This document shows, piece by piece, positions 1 through 13,165 of a stretch of DNA of 64,000 nt (its first letter is position 1; each line of letters begins with the position of its first letter). Below the pieces are notes generated by a model that saw only the letters and a program-made list of their open reading frames with translations, did not search any database and had not been told where the DNA came from. The DNA comes from Balanoglossus misakiensis (lineage: Eukaryota > Animalia > Hemichordata). Where the stretch lies: assembly GCA_040954595.2 (NCBI GenBank), contig CM082578.2, forward strand, positions 13,236,304 through 13,300,303, written 5' to 3'. The position numbers were made by a program, and so were the translations under genes.

Positions 1-3000
1 CCACCAGTAGGAATGTAAATCAATATGCAACGCTCGGCACTCCCTACAACCCTTTGACCCAGATAATTGTAATCTGCATACCGGCTGCTTTTAATGAGTT
101 TGTTGAAGTCCACGATATTTGTGACAGCCGGACAGGTTAGGATACTTTCAGGATATTTTTCGGAGAATTTGAGTCACAACTTCCGGCCATAAAACTCTCT
201 CGCTCACTTGTGGAGAACCACTTAATACTGTTATCTTGAGGGGGATGCGGGCGCTCACATGGTGAACTCAAAATGTTGTCGGCGTGTCCGAGTTAAGGGC
301 ACATCTCTGGGGACAGCCAGATTCACGGTGAGTGCTGTTGAATTGTACGGTATTGTTGAAGTCGCCATTCACAAACTCTCTATCCTACAGTTCAGGGACT
401 TCCACACCTGCCTCGATGCCATGAGCTTGACTCACGTGTAGGCTTAGTCGTGTGTGATTCGGCCCTGTTTTAGCTGAGTACACGGTCCCACATGTACCTA
501 TACGGCGCTTTTGTTTTGCCTGGTTGTTGTGTATCTCAGGTAACCGTCACAGTACTGTACCGATCTGATTGTGTTGCATACCCCACATGCGTACCGTGGG
601 GCCATGTAAAACATGTTTTAAAGCGTTATGCACTGTACTCTGCTCTGGAATAGATTTGGTTAATGGTCTTGCGTCGGAGCGCGGTCCAGCCCCGTGCGTG
701 AGTGAATCTCCAAACCTTAAAATTCTCCATTCGCTCTCTGACATTCTTCTCCCCAGTCTAGCCTACCACTTGTGCCAAATCGTCATGTATATACGTTCAC
801 CCCTGCCAGCAACTAGCGCACTTTCATCTGAATGCAGTTAATCACACTGTGACCCGATGATCAAATATGAAAATATAAGAACGCACTATGTACTGCGCGC
901 AACACGGCGTGACTGTTGACCGATTGGATTTTTGTGATCATTAAATGTGAGAACACACAGTGCTGGCCGAATAAGGTTTACTGCACTCGATTATTTCGTT
1001 CAACATAGGAGGCATGGAGTGGTTTCTGCGGTGATTACAACGCAGGCTATACGTATGGCCAAAAATCAGACTCCGTCTTTACCTTCTGTTGTTTCTGTTC
1101 TGCTCTTGCCGCTTCTCGTACAGCTGACGTCATCGGCAATGGCACGCGGAACTTTTGTCCCCGCAGCTGATTTTAATCATGTTCTATGAGATATAGGGCG
1201 GTGAGAACTCTACGAATGTTGACATGCGTGTATCATTCAGGTGATAAAGATATAAACTTTCACTCAGAGTTGTGAACCCGCGCGTTCTGTTACGTTGCAT
1301 TGCACCGCCAGTTCGCACAGAATGTTTCGGATCACGGATGTTACTAACACTTGTTCTGTGGAGGGTACATGCAGATCATGATTTATTCAATGGGCGACAG
1401 AAATGGCGATATTTGACTCCTTAATGTGAGCTAAAAGCAGGGTAGTGCTCTAAGTACAAAACAAAGAAGCCTGCCTTCTATAAGAAGACACAAAAGTCAC
1501 ACAAAGCAGGCACTATCGTGCGGCAGTAGGCCTAATAGAAATCTTTGAAAGGGCGACCTGAAATTATTTGGGAGGGAAAGTGTTCGCACGCTCTTTTGAT
1601 AACTTGGAAAGACATAATAAGCCTTGCCACGGGCAGAAATACGTAAAATTTGCAAGAAATATCTCCTTTGATATTCTTGAAAGTTGTAACCCGACCTGGT
1701 TTGTTCGTTGCTGCATAGGTGCATGAAAACTTGACGATCTTCCTCGGGGGAAAATTTGAACGAGACCGAAGAAAACTTATATCCCAGCGTGTCCAATGAA
1801 CCGTTCAGTGAACTAGGCCTTTTACTTCCAAACAAGATGTGAAAGTATTGTCTGCCAAAAGACCACGTACAAACAACAATATCGATGACGACACGCGCCC
1901 ATGACCCCGTATGACCCGTCGCCTGGTGACGGCATTATCGTTGCATTGTGCAAAATAAAGGAGTGTTTTCCTTTCACTGAAGTTAACCCGATTAGCCCAC
2001 CAACGTTAAATACTAGTATGACAATTACACTAGCTATATTCAAGGGGCCGTGGATAATTACAACACGACTATCATCAGTGATAATCTTGTTCACCGTGCG
2101 TATGCAGTGTTATAATTATCGACGGTCCCTAAAAGGCAAACGATAACAGATGATGGTATGCGGTAGCGAGGTTGCAGTATTTCTGATCTAAGAGGCTGGT
2201 CCGTAGAAATGCTGGTATTAGTTTATACTAATACAGACTGGGGGATGATCGACGTTTTGTTTTCTGATGGCATTGCTGTGAATTCGACAGAAACTATTGG
2301 ACAGCACTCACAGAAACTATGTATTAAATATAAGCTTCTGTGCTCACATGAAATTCCGGCTATTCAACTTGAACAATGAAAGTAAACCCGTAGGCAAAAT
2401 CGGATGTTACTCTACGCGACAAATACTTGAATGCTTGCAAGTGTAATTGCTGCGGTGGTATATTTGTCTGAATTGCTTTCATTCCAATACCCGTACCTAC
2501 ATCACCGTACAGAGTACAATGTAATGCGAAATTGAGAAACCATAGTAATTTACGCGACAATCAGCGTGAAAGTAAAAAAATCAAATTACGAGAAATCTAG
2601 AGAGCGCGATGTGTTATAATGACATAATGACCATCTTATTTGGTGTCACGAGGTAACTTAATATCGAAGCATTGCCCGAATTACCCACCCTTTTTGAAAG
2701 GCGTGTTATCGGAACCATAAGCTTACAATCTTTCCTCGGTACAGTATAAAGCGAAATTTGTATAGCTGCGAAGACGAGTTTAAAATCAGTTCAAGTTCGA
2801 GAAGAACAGGTAATCGGAAAACACCTCTATTTTTTTTATCTGTTTGTTTTTTATCTAACCTACAGTTTCTTGTTTACACACCCAAGCAAAAGGACCAGAA
2901 TTAGGTTTCAGTGTAGTCGGCATACGTTCAGGGCGCATTCTTACGGCTGTCGACGACTAAGAATTGATGTTCGAATTAAAATTAAGGTACATACATGTGT

Positions 3001-4156
3001 ATATAGTGACAGTACAAGCTGTGTGTTTGCAGAGTGTGTGTGGATGGAATTCTAAGTAGGCCAAAGAGCAGACACGGACAACATAGGCCTAATTACTGAA
3101 AATAGCATCCACAGTCCGTGTCCTCCTAATACCCAAAGTTGCGTCTGCTGAACCTATATGCTGACGTCATAGTAAAACCTAGTACGTGTATTCCGCTGTA
3201 CATCCCAATGAAGAATGTAGCCACGTGTCAGGACTTAAAATCACAGCTTGTTCGCTGTGTTCCCCAAGAAGCTACAAGCGGAAAGCGAGCCGTGAAATTT
3301 GGCATGCTTCCCAGCGGAACTGTTTGAAGACAGCTGTCTCAGTTGGCATCGAGTATGATACATAAAGTGTATATTAGCTAAGATTTTATGAAGTAGGAAT
3401 TCATGATGCATGATGTAAGGTTACAAGGTCCAAGCCACAAGCAGTGAACAGAGGGTGCTGTGGAAATTCCCGTGGAAAGAGTTTGGATATATATTTCGTG
3501 GTTACCCGAGTTCATCCACTCTCTCCACTGAGTCGTTGTCACCACAGCAACGTTAACGTTTGACGCCTTACAATACACAAATAATCATTTTTCACAGTTG
3601 AAAACTTTCTCTCTTGTACACATGGTGCGCCATAAGCCTGCCATTGTCTTGTACCTGCTGTTGCGGTTTCCATGTTTGCAAAAAATAGGAGATCCCCGGA
3701 GACTATATTGATTGGTAATCACACACAGACTACAGTCACTCCAATATCGCCAACGCAACGTATAAGTGGTTGTCGACTTCACTTCGGTCTGGCTCGATCA
3801 TATTTCCCCATACATTACATGATGTACGAGCAGCGGAAAGCGTCCAGGAACGCGTTTAATACAATGGCTATTGGGAGCAACATATCAACATGGTTTGAAA
3901 CATGAACGTGCATGAAACACATGTTGTCATTAAGTGGCCTATAGCGCGGCAATTCACGGACGCAGCTGTCTCCAATAGCCCATATAGCATGTATCAATTG
4001 TTTGGCTAGCACAGCTAATGTCCCGTCGTCGTAGACGTCGATCGCTATTCAGATTACCTGACCAAAAATTCTAACGGTGTCGATATCGCGTTTTTATCGG
4101 CCAAGGTACTCCTCTCGCATTTTCTCACGCGAAAACATGCACAAACAGGATATAAA

Positions 4157-4345
4157 CAAATGATGACGTTCCCGTAGGATTAATCAAAATAGCACTGACA
4201 GTGTAGGGACCATCTGTACAAGGTGGCCTTAATTTGGAAAAGTCAAAGGTCAAACGTGTTATCCCCGACATCGTCATCATCACGTACGCAGAAATATTAC
4301 GGCATAACTCCGAGAGCAGTCATCTAGCCCCGTGCCAAGGTAAGC
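4157..4345 (+). promoter_or_regulatory. Putative promoter / non-coding first exon of GPCR-1, ending in a splice donor (AAG|GTAAGC, GT at 4340)
   Basis: Clear sequence similarity to 12037-12208 upstream of GPCR-2 (e.g. CAAATGATGACG..GGATTAAT..AAATAGCA and ACGCAGAAATATTAC), with the donor at the same position in both copies. Confidence 0.6.
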
Positions 4346-5805
4346 ATTTCGATCAAAGTATGAAGTTCAAAGGGACGTTTCTTTGATATACACCACTTTT
4401 CAGCATAATGTCGATATTGTAGACAGCCGGCAGAAAAACATACCAACGAAGTGACGCGAATTTACCCACTTCGGTTAGATTAATAGCAATCGCCAAAACC
4501 TGGATAAAATCTCTCAATTTTTGCTATCGTTTTTTATGTTTAAAATACACCAATGCGGCAGCAGGGCATTTCATGCAAAAATGTACAAATATAAAACCCG
4601 CCTTTAAAACGCCGGCAAACCGTAACATTTACTGTTCAGCTTCCATCAACTGGTTAAACCCGCATAAATGGTGACACACTTTTCTGTTGCCAGATTTAGA
4701 ACTTGAAACTGACGGACATCACGACTAATTTGTCATTCGTATATCTAGGACACTCCCGGTCCTGTAAATTCTGGTGGTACAGAAATAAAATTCCTAAAAT
4801 AGCTTTCCATTGATGTATAAGTCTTCGATGTAAAAATGTTATTTGGCATAAACATTTGCAATATTACAAATGTGTTGTCATGAACATCACAAGCTACGTC
4901 GTATTACTCAGCTATGTCTGAACTAATTACTGTCCAGTTGCTGAGATAGGTCACTTATTAAGAATATATACTTTAGGAAATGTTTCCCCAACCCACATCC
5001 TCACAATATAACAAAAGTTCCAACTGCTATACACGCGTTCCTTGAGCTCCGTTTTAATGCCAGAAGTTTGCTTGGACGAGTTGTTCTGTGCTCCCATCCG
5101 CGGCGGAAGGTGTCCGCGGATAAGAGTGACTAACGTATGGCCCGTGTAGAGACTATTCCACTGACCGAAATACAGCACATACCGGTGGGATTATGATATA
5201 TCTATGTGGCCAACGCATGGCGCTTATCGCTAATATAATTAGCAGTAATTTTCAGTCGGATTATTGATAGCCTATTAATTAATACAGAATCTAATCTATG
5301 TAACCGCGCCAACGATTGGCCCCCAAAGGCGAGAACAAATGACAAGTTGAAGTAACCAGAACGTGGCTTTGGAAATAATGTCACGTTCAATCAAATGATA
5401 TACTTATTATATGGTCCCTGTGCGAATACAAAATGATAATACATGTATTAAATACATCGCATAGAACTTAAACCACATTTCTTCGCGCGTAATCGCACTG
5501 TGCGGGGTTTTAACTGATCACCTGACCTCAAATTTCGATTCAATTTCAATATTTCCGCCCGACCAAATGTAATTCGACACGAATAAGAAATAAATAAATC
5601 ATAGCTTATATTAGACCGAAAAACATATGAGCCTGCAGCTATTCTCAATTTCAGGTCGTCATGGCCTAATATTCGTAATAGGTTTCATAAGCAATGTAAT
5701 GATTTTCAATTTATAGTCATTTATGTCGTCAGTTTTTCTCGGATTAAAATAAATAAGTTTGACTAAGCTTTAAATAATCTCTGTAAACATGCTAAATACC
5801 AAATT

Positions 5806-6118
5806 ATATTATACCAGTATATTGATGGTGTAAATCACGCCATTTGATTGGTCGAGACACGTCACGTGACCGTGATATATTAGCCATATACCACAGTCAT
5901 ATATCATAGTCAAAGAAAATGCCTTTTTAAAATGTTTTATGCAAAGTTTCAATATACTGGCATAATATAATAGCAATAAAACACCCCCAGCCATGGTATA
6001 CCACTCGATTTTGACCAGTTCGACTCCATATACGCACTCGCTATCGCTCGTGCGTATATGTCGTGAACTGGTCAAAATCTCGTGGTATACCATGGCTGGG
6101 GGTGTTTTATTGCTTAAT
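5806..6118. mobile_element. Non-autonomous palindromic element: ~143-bp hairpin plus a second short inverted repeat
   Basis: 5972-6114 is a near-perfect inverted repeat (AGCAATAAAACACCCCCAGCCATGGTATACCAC ... GTGGTATACCATGGCTGGGGGTGTTTTATTGCT) centred on CACTCGCTATCGCTCGTG. TATACCAGTATATTGA (~5810) is inverted relative to TCAATATACTGGCATA (~5949). Confidence 0.65.
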
Positions 6119-8898
6119 TAATTATGGTACCTTATCGTGTACCTCATTTCATACCAAACTAAGGTGCCTGTAACAGAACACCCATCTTCGAAGGAAAGTG
6201 GTTCGGGTCGCTCTGGAGTAGCCTAAGACTCCATATTTCACACACGCGCTTCTTGGTAGTGACGTATATTTTCTTGCGTCAACCTTTACAGAATTTCTCT
6301 ATTAAATCTTCACGACAACCAATCTTCCACAAAGCAATTAAATTACTACGTAAACCAAAATAAAAACCGCTCTTCAATCAAACCTGTTACTGACTTTCAT
6401 TACCGGGGTTTTAATGGCCCTTGCAGAGAACGGCCAAAGGCAAAAAGACATTAGACTGTCTTCAAAACAATGTGAATATCACCTGATTGCCTTCCAGTGA
6501 TGTCAATAACTATATATCGGACAGCTTATTTATGAAATATCCGCTTGAGAATTTGTGCAATTACCTTTCGCACTTTGTTCTCCTAATGACATGTTTAGGG
6601 AACCCAAGCAAATGTCCGCTGTTTGAAAACACATTAGTTCACGTGTATATGGCCTATATGTAAGCCCCGCACGAGACACACAGAGCGCAAATGAGTAAGT
6701 TACGAGGCGATATGATGACGATATCACAGAAAGTAACGATAATGAGAAATAAATAAGGCATAACCATAAAGAATACAGCTATTGTGTGCGATTATTCACA
6801 TGCAAGATGATTTTCCCAATGGTATATTGGTGACGTTCAAAACATTAAAATTTAAATATATTTCACGTTAACTTTGTTTGCGACTATTTTTATTGTCTTG
6901 TGCCGTAAAAGCATGGCACGGCCTAATACACTTTAGAGTGTACGCAAAACAAATTGGCAAATTTAGGTCGTGACCACCTGACACGCGTATGTACATGGAA
7001 TTTCATCTTCGGTCGCTGTTTTCTTATTTTCTACGTCCGTTTTATTGTTCAGTACAATACTGTTTGTAACAAAACAGAACCGGCCTTTTGGTGTGTTTGT
7101 GTATCAAACAGCCCACAGAAAGACCATAAAAATGAACGTTGCTCAAAGGGTTGAGTGGCGTTGGCGAATCCTTTAACTATTCTATCCAAAACGTTTAAAC
7201 CCAATTCGTCCGACCCCCCCCCCCCCCTCCCCGCAAAGTATCATTCACTCGCCGGTCATGATATTGGAACGCCTTAAAGAAATAACGTTACGACTCGTCT
7301 GCCACGCATGTGCTTGACATGTCAATTTAATTTATTTATTAAATTTGCTGATGAGATCAATTTTGAAAAACAACACCGCAGTCAATCATGCTCAACAGAA
7401 ATCGTGATAATTTCCCGGCAGAGTAAGAAAATTCTCTGGATACTGTTGGAGCAAAGAATGGATTGTGTACAGCGTGACGACGCAAACATGTTGCTGGTTG
7501 GGTCAGAGTAAGTGAACGCAAATATTTGACGTTTAATAATTTATAACCTCCACAATTAGCACCACGGACGTCATATTCGATATGCAGTCCTCTTGGGCAC
7601 ATAAGAATGGTAGAACATACTTTTGTAGACATGCTGGCGTGTTTGAACGCGAGAGTTTTTATTTGGTCGGTTCATACATAGGGGTACATCGTACGACCAG
7701 ATACTGTTCAGGGATCCTATGTGTCACAAGGTAAGCTTGTACGTGAGACATGGTATATTCTAGATGACAAATGCTACGCCTACAGATTACAACCAATAGT
7801 CATATTTTTTAAATGTATAGATCAATTATCTCAGTGGAAACTAAAATATTATGATGTGGATTAATCCGTTTACATTGGCTCTAATTACATTAAAAGCACA
7901 GGTCTAAACTACTTTATCATCTGATAGACATGATCTTCCACGCGTGTGTGGCTTGTTTCGTCAAAATGGCAATGAAACTGGCCAATTTGTCTATTCTTGC
8001 AAGTGTCGGGGTTTTTGAATGAGTCTGACCATTGTTAGGCATAGTCCCTGAAGTACTTCCGTGATAGTAACTGTACAGGAGGCATTGTCATCTGTATCAT
8101 TCACAAAAGATGCATTAACCACTTAACCTTTTTTGTCACAATACAAGCATTACAGCGTTGAAACATGACAATTTGATGTCCACGATCCAAAATAGTGGTT
8201 TGACAGAACATGTACATGTCCTGTCACTCACAGTGAGTGAAGTCGAGGAAGGTTCACACACGTAGGAAGTCTCACACTTTCTTCAACTTCACACACAAGT
8301 CACAAAGTTAGAGGATTTCTCTCTCGTGCCTGTGTTGCAAGCAGATGCGTTGGCTTCGGCCTTGTGGTGACCTCGTGGTAGTTTTTATGTCGAATTGTGA
8401 TGGTACCAGTGCACGTTACCGTGGCATACCGTATATTTTATCACAGGGTTAATTATTTCGATGAACTAGAAACCCAACCGTACCTTCACCAAATGTTTGT
8501 TTGGCATTTGAGCAAAAAACAGCCGGGTGTGTTGTTTGTCTTCCTACGCGAAAATTGGAAGAATTGGTATTAATTTTGCGCACGGCACCGTAAATATAAG
8601 CAAATTATTGTAATGGCACCTATTTGCAAGACGGCGGCGTCTTTGTAGATTTATAATGATATAAATATTGCCAGCAGTGAAGTTTTTCAAGTTGTGCGAA
8701 TATTGTTTGATATTATTTGTGTTTCTTCTGACAGGAATGTACGGGTTGCATGCGACGTAGAAAAGAGAGACACCTGCCCACCATTGTTTTTTTGTTCTGA
8801 ACTAACACATATAACCAGCCAATCATCCAGCATGTTGAGAGCCTTACTAACAGCATGATCTTGAACGCACGCGGACTTCCTGCCAACGCTGCAAAAGT

Positions 8899-10647
8899 AT
8901 GATTGCATCGACTTTGGCACAGAACTCTACGTTTAACTCCACGCTGGCAACAGAATGGAGCAATTGGACGCGAATCATATCGACCCCGTCGGTGGCGACA
9001 GCAACGCAGTTTGTCATGATCGAGGCGACGTCGGCTTCTCCGGACAATGCGACAAATGTGACCGATCCCGGCGACGAAGAGGTGTACCGGGAGCCGTACT
9101 CGCAGGGTCTGATCATCCTCCTCGCTGTGTTGACGTCCACCATAACCATGACGGCGATCGTCGGAAACACTTTGATACTCTCGGCCTTCTTCACCACTCC
9201 GAGGTTGCGGCGTCTGACGACGTACTTCTACGCCAGTCTGGCTGTGTCCGACCTGGCCGCCGGCATACTCGTCATGCCCTTCATGATGTCCTTCACGCTG
9301 ACCGCCTCGTGGAACTTCGGTAAAGCGTTCTGCAAAATCTGGCTCTGCATCGACATGTTTGTGTACTCCGCCTCCGTTTTCCACATGTGCGCTATATGTC
9401 TGGACCGATTTCTGGCCATCAGGTTCCCGTTGAGGTACATGATCAAGCGGACGAAGAAGCTCATACTGTCGTTCATCGCCGTCGCCTGGTGTCTGGCGCT
9501 GGTAACGGAGGTCCCGGTGACGATCTTCTACGAGCACGTTGTCGGCGAGAGCATCGTCGATTACGGAGCGGAGTGTGACGTCGAGTGGGTCAACAACGCA
9601 GCCATTACCATCTACAGCTTTGTCGTCACAGTGGTCATTCCGTTCTTTTTCATGTTGATTCTTTCGACGTTTATATTTGTCACCATACGCCGAAGAAGGG
9701 AGCTGTCGGGCGGGGATAAAAAGAACGGGAAGAAACGCGCCAAAACCAGAAACTCGGGGGACCGAGATCAGAATACCGACCAAGTGCCTGTGGTAGGAAA
9801 ACCCCCAACAAAATTAAACGGGTTCAGAGACTGCTTTGCTTTGCCGGGAAGGCGAAAAAGCTACAACCTTTCCGCGGAAGGCGTCGCAAAGGACACCCAC
9901 GAAGCCGTTGTCAGTGTCAAGTTTGAGCAGAAAAACGACGATTTTATGACTTTCGTGAACAGGGCGTTCCAGATTGAGGACATGCGCACCAGTGCAATGC
10001 AAAATGTCAAGGGGGAGCGCGGTCTCGGGAGGAGCACGCGTGAATTCGGCGCCGCTGCCGCCAGAGACGAGAATGGCCCGGAAAATCCCGCGTGTGGTCA
10101 GGTAGATTGCACGAATAACGGGAAAGAGTCAAACTCGCTCGACAAGGACAGCACGGATGCGGTGTGTGACGAGAACGACAACAGCAACGGGGCAGTTCCC
10201 GAAAACGAGTCGCGGGATTTGCGTGGGGTCGACGTGGCTAAAAGGAAAAGCGTTAGTTATTCGGATGACGTAAACAGACGCTCCAGCCAATCGGCCAGAA
10301 GATCTCTATCGTCCACACAGCAAAAGTCCAACGAAAGGCGAGCCGTCATAACAATGTCGATCTTGATCGGCGTCTTTCTGCTCACCTGGTTACCGTGGAA
10401 GTTGACCACAATTGCCGACGCTATCGCCGAAAAATACCTGTTTCCAGAACTGTGGTACGACCTGGCCATTTGGCTGCAATACTCCAATTCCATGATTAAC
10501 CCTTTTCTGTACGTACTCAGAGAAAACGACTTCAAAATCGCAATCAAGAGAATTTTGTGTCGAGTTTTCTGTTGCAAGAAAATCAAAAGCCCTTCAAATT
10601 ATCGGAAGTCTTCTTCTTCGAGTGCTTTGAGTGTTTTATATCGATAG
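8899..10647 (+). CDS. Class A aminergic-type GPCR (histamine H3/H4 or muscarinic-like), paralog 1, 582 aa, intronless CDS
   Basis: 7 hydrophobic helices. Motifs: GN (TM1), SLAVSD (TM2), CKIWLCID (D3.32), DRF, ECL2 Cys (ECDVEW), TWLP (TM6), NSMINPFLY (TM7), helix-8 CC. N-glycosylation sequons in the N-terminus. Splice acceptor TTCTTCTGACAG ends at 8734. Confidence 0.95.
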   Translation: MIASTLAQNSTFNSTLATEWSNWTRIISTPSVATATQFVMIEATSASPDNATNVTDPGDEEVYREPYSQGLIILLAVLTSTITMTAIVGNTLILSAFFTTPRLRRLTTYFYASLAVSDLAAGILVMPFMMSFTLTASWNFGKAFCKIWLCIDMFVYSASVFHMCAICLDRFLAIRFPLRYMIKRTKKLILSFIAVAWCLALVTEVPVTIFYEHVVGESIVDYGAECDVEWVNNAAITIYSFVVTVVIPFFFMLILSTFIFVTIRRRRELSGGDKKNGKKRAKTRNSGDRDQNTDQVPVVGKPPTKLNGFRDCFALPGRRKSYNLSAEGVAKDTHEAVVSVKFEQKNDDFMTFVNRAFQIEDMRTSAMQNVKGERGLGRSTREFGAAAARDENGPENPACGQVDCTNNGKESNSLDKDSTDAVCDENDNSNGAVPENESRDLRGVDVAKRKSVSYSDDVNRRSSQSARRSLSSTQQKSNERRAVITMSILIGVFLLTWLPWKLTTIADAIAEKYLFPELWYDLAIWLQYSNSMINPFLYVLRENDFKIAIKRILCRVFCCKKIKSPSNYRKSSSSSALSVLYR

Positions 10648-12036
10648 CAAGTTTGTAAGTTTGTTACGTTGGGGGCTTGAACCAAGAATAAGATTACTGC
10701 CAAACAAAAGTGTCAGTTTTGCAAAAAAGAAGCAAGCGGCCGGACTCGTGTGAGCGTTTACATTTGTCCTATGATGATGAGATCATAGTATAACCCCTAA
10801 AAACACATCCGACTGTCGACGAGAGTCACAATATGGTACGAAGTAAATTTCCATATTGGAATTCCACAGGTTAGGCGGGAGCAAGCGATTAATCCCAACT
10901 GAAAGCCTTAATCTTCATACCATTCATGATTTATGGCGAAAATATGGCGGTGTTTGACATAAATTCTCAGCGGACAAAAATGCCGCACATTCTGTTTCGG
11001 GCATGACTACATATTTATAATAGATGGATTTGTTTGTGTTCCTATTTGCTGGGTGCATATGTGGCGGTAGGTACCTTATATGGAATTAACTTAACAAGTG
11101 ACCGAAGTATAATAAGGTATTTATTTTTGCCATTGTGTTGTTTTTGTGTGTGTGTGCAAAACCTCAGTGGATTAGTCGTTATTCTCATATTATTTGTGAT
11201 TTGTGTTTCAAAATAAACATACGGCGATGTCATTGTATTCGACGTTGAAAGTATATGGCTGCTAGTACTTCTCATTAAAAACAACATGGGGTGAAAAGGT
11301 GAGCGGCTTTGTCCCGTTATTGGCAAATCAGAAGTGTATTGTTAACCATGAATATGTAAAATAAATCTTTAAGGTATAATTTTGAGATCAAATCAAAAAG
11401 AACTGGTCGGCTGTCAAATCCATTTGTAGTCACCTATTTTGACTTATCATTGTGACCTTGAACAAAAGTTCATTGGAACGAGGACGTGATATGGATGGTG
11501 TAACTGAATTACACAAGACTGAATTCAAGTGTGGAAATGCGTCTGCCTATATATAAAGATACGCGTAAGTATACTGCAAAAGCTATGCTGCGTTATGCTG
11601 CGCTTAATAGTTTTAGTATGCTACTAGTACCATGCATCAGCAGCCTGTTAATTCTTGCATGTGGGCATGAGGGCGCTGCTTAAATGTGTTTGGGCCGCAA
11701 TTTGAATATTCTAATAATAATGATTGCCTGTATACATTAACTTTTACTAGAAACGGGGCCAAATGGCCACTCTGGGATCAAGATTGCGGGGGGGGGGGGG
11801 CGTGCGATCTCTGGATGGCTACCATTGCAGGATTTTTCAACGTATTTAGACATGTTAAAGCCACATTCACCCAACCTGCCCTGAACCCATTGAGCCTGAA
11901 GCGGACACAACAGACACAACGCCAGGACTATATTAGAAACGCAATTGCAACAGATATTGTCATTGATGAGCCAGCTGCTTGTACACATCAACAAACAGTC
12001 TAAATCCCGCCAAGATAGAGACCATGTATCTAAAGG

Positions 12037-12208
12037 CAAATGATGACGGTCCTGTCGGATTAATTGAAATAGCATTGCCAGTGTATGTACCATCTGTTCG
12101 AGAAAAGTCAAATGTCAAGCACGGTTATCCCTGACATCATCGTCACATACGCAGAAATATTACACCATAACTCAAAGTGCAGTCACCTAATCCTTTGCCG
12201 AGGTAAGT
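12037..12208 (+). promoter_or_regulatory. Putative promoter / non-coding first exon of GPCR-2, ending in a splice donor (GAG|GTAAGT, GT at 12203)
   Basis: Paralogous to 4157-4345. A matching acceptor TTCTCTCGACAG|GAAT ends at 13034, upstream of the ATG. Confidence 0.62.
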
Positions 12209-13165
12209 ATTGCGATCAAAGCGTGGATTTCAGGAGAGCGTTTCTCTGATATACACCCACCTAATTTCTCATGAGATAAATCGATGGCCGTCTGAAATTC
12301 CTCCGAGCCCCCCCCCCCCATTAGTAAATTCTGAACACTCCCTAAATATAAGCTTGGCTGTCTTTTCTGTAACATTATTCACGCCACATGAATGGCCGTC
12401 TGTCCCATAGATAACCCACATGCTCAAGAAGTTAACAAGTTAGAAGTTAGTTAAATATCACATAATCAAATAACGGTCCAAGTCACAGTGTGATGTTAAC
12501 AGTGTTTTCGTCTGACTTTTTCAAGTCAGCTCGTCAAACCTACCCTTTGGGTCGTGATACATTATCGCGCGACAACGTGAAAGCTATCAACATGTGAAAC
12601 TGGCGATGGTACCGAGCGGTACCATGATAAACAGTATCAGGTTCTCAAATACGCCAGGCCGTTATCATTATCCAGCGCCCTTTTGTATTCTCTAAATACG
12701 AGAAACGACACCAAATTCATATTTACAGAAACTGGAAAGATGGCGTTCAGTTACACGTACACAACACACAATTCTCTGGGCACAGGGAAGTATGGAATTG
12801 ACATGTAATGTAGGTAAATACTGAAGGTTTGATAAATGTACATGTATTTCCATTGCGCTCCATTTTAAATCTGTTTTATATGCAGTGTGTGTTCTTTGGA
12901 GTATATGGGATGGTTTTCTTGAACAGAGTGAACGATGTAATTGAATATGTGTTGGGAAGGTGATCTATTAAATGTCACAGTTTTGGAGATGTCTCAATTT
13001 CATGTTTCATGTTTATTTTTTGTTCTCTCGACAGGAATCCGGATAACAAGCAACATTATGATTTTCGGGGATCTGCCAACATAGAAAACAACCCTACCGC
13101 ACCACTTTAATTGACATATTGCCATATCCCAACCGAAGCTAAATCGAAAATCCAAGGGAAAGGAG

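Noticed and set aside
1-4100. Short ORFs in the first 4 kb and in 35.5-47 kb and 51-56 kb
   Set aside because: No recognisable domains or consistent exon chains. Small exons or lncRNAs cannot be excluded by eye.
8713-9783. 356-aa antisense ORF over GPCR-1, and similar shadow ORFs at 24700-25317, 13346-14349 and 34778-35267
   Set aside because: They mirror the GC3-rich sense codons of the receptors, have no recognisable domain, and are not conserved as ORFs between paralogs.
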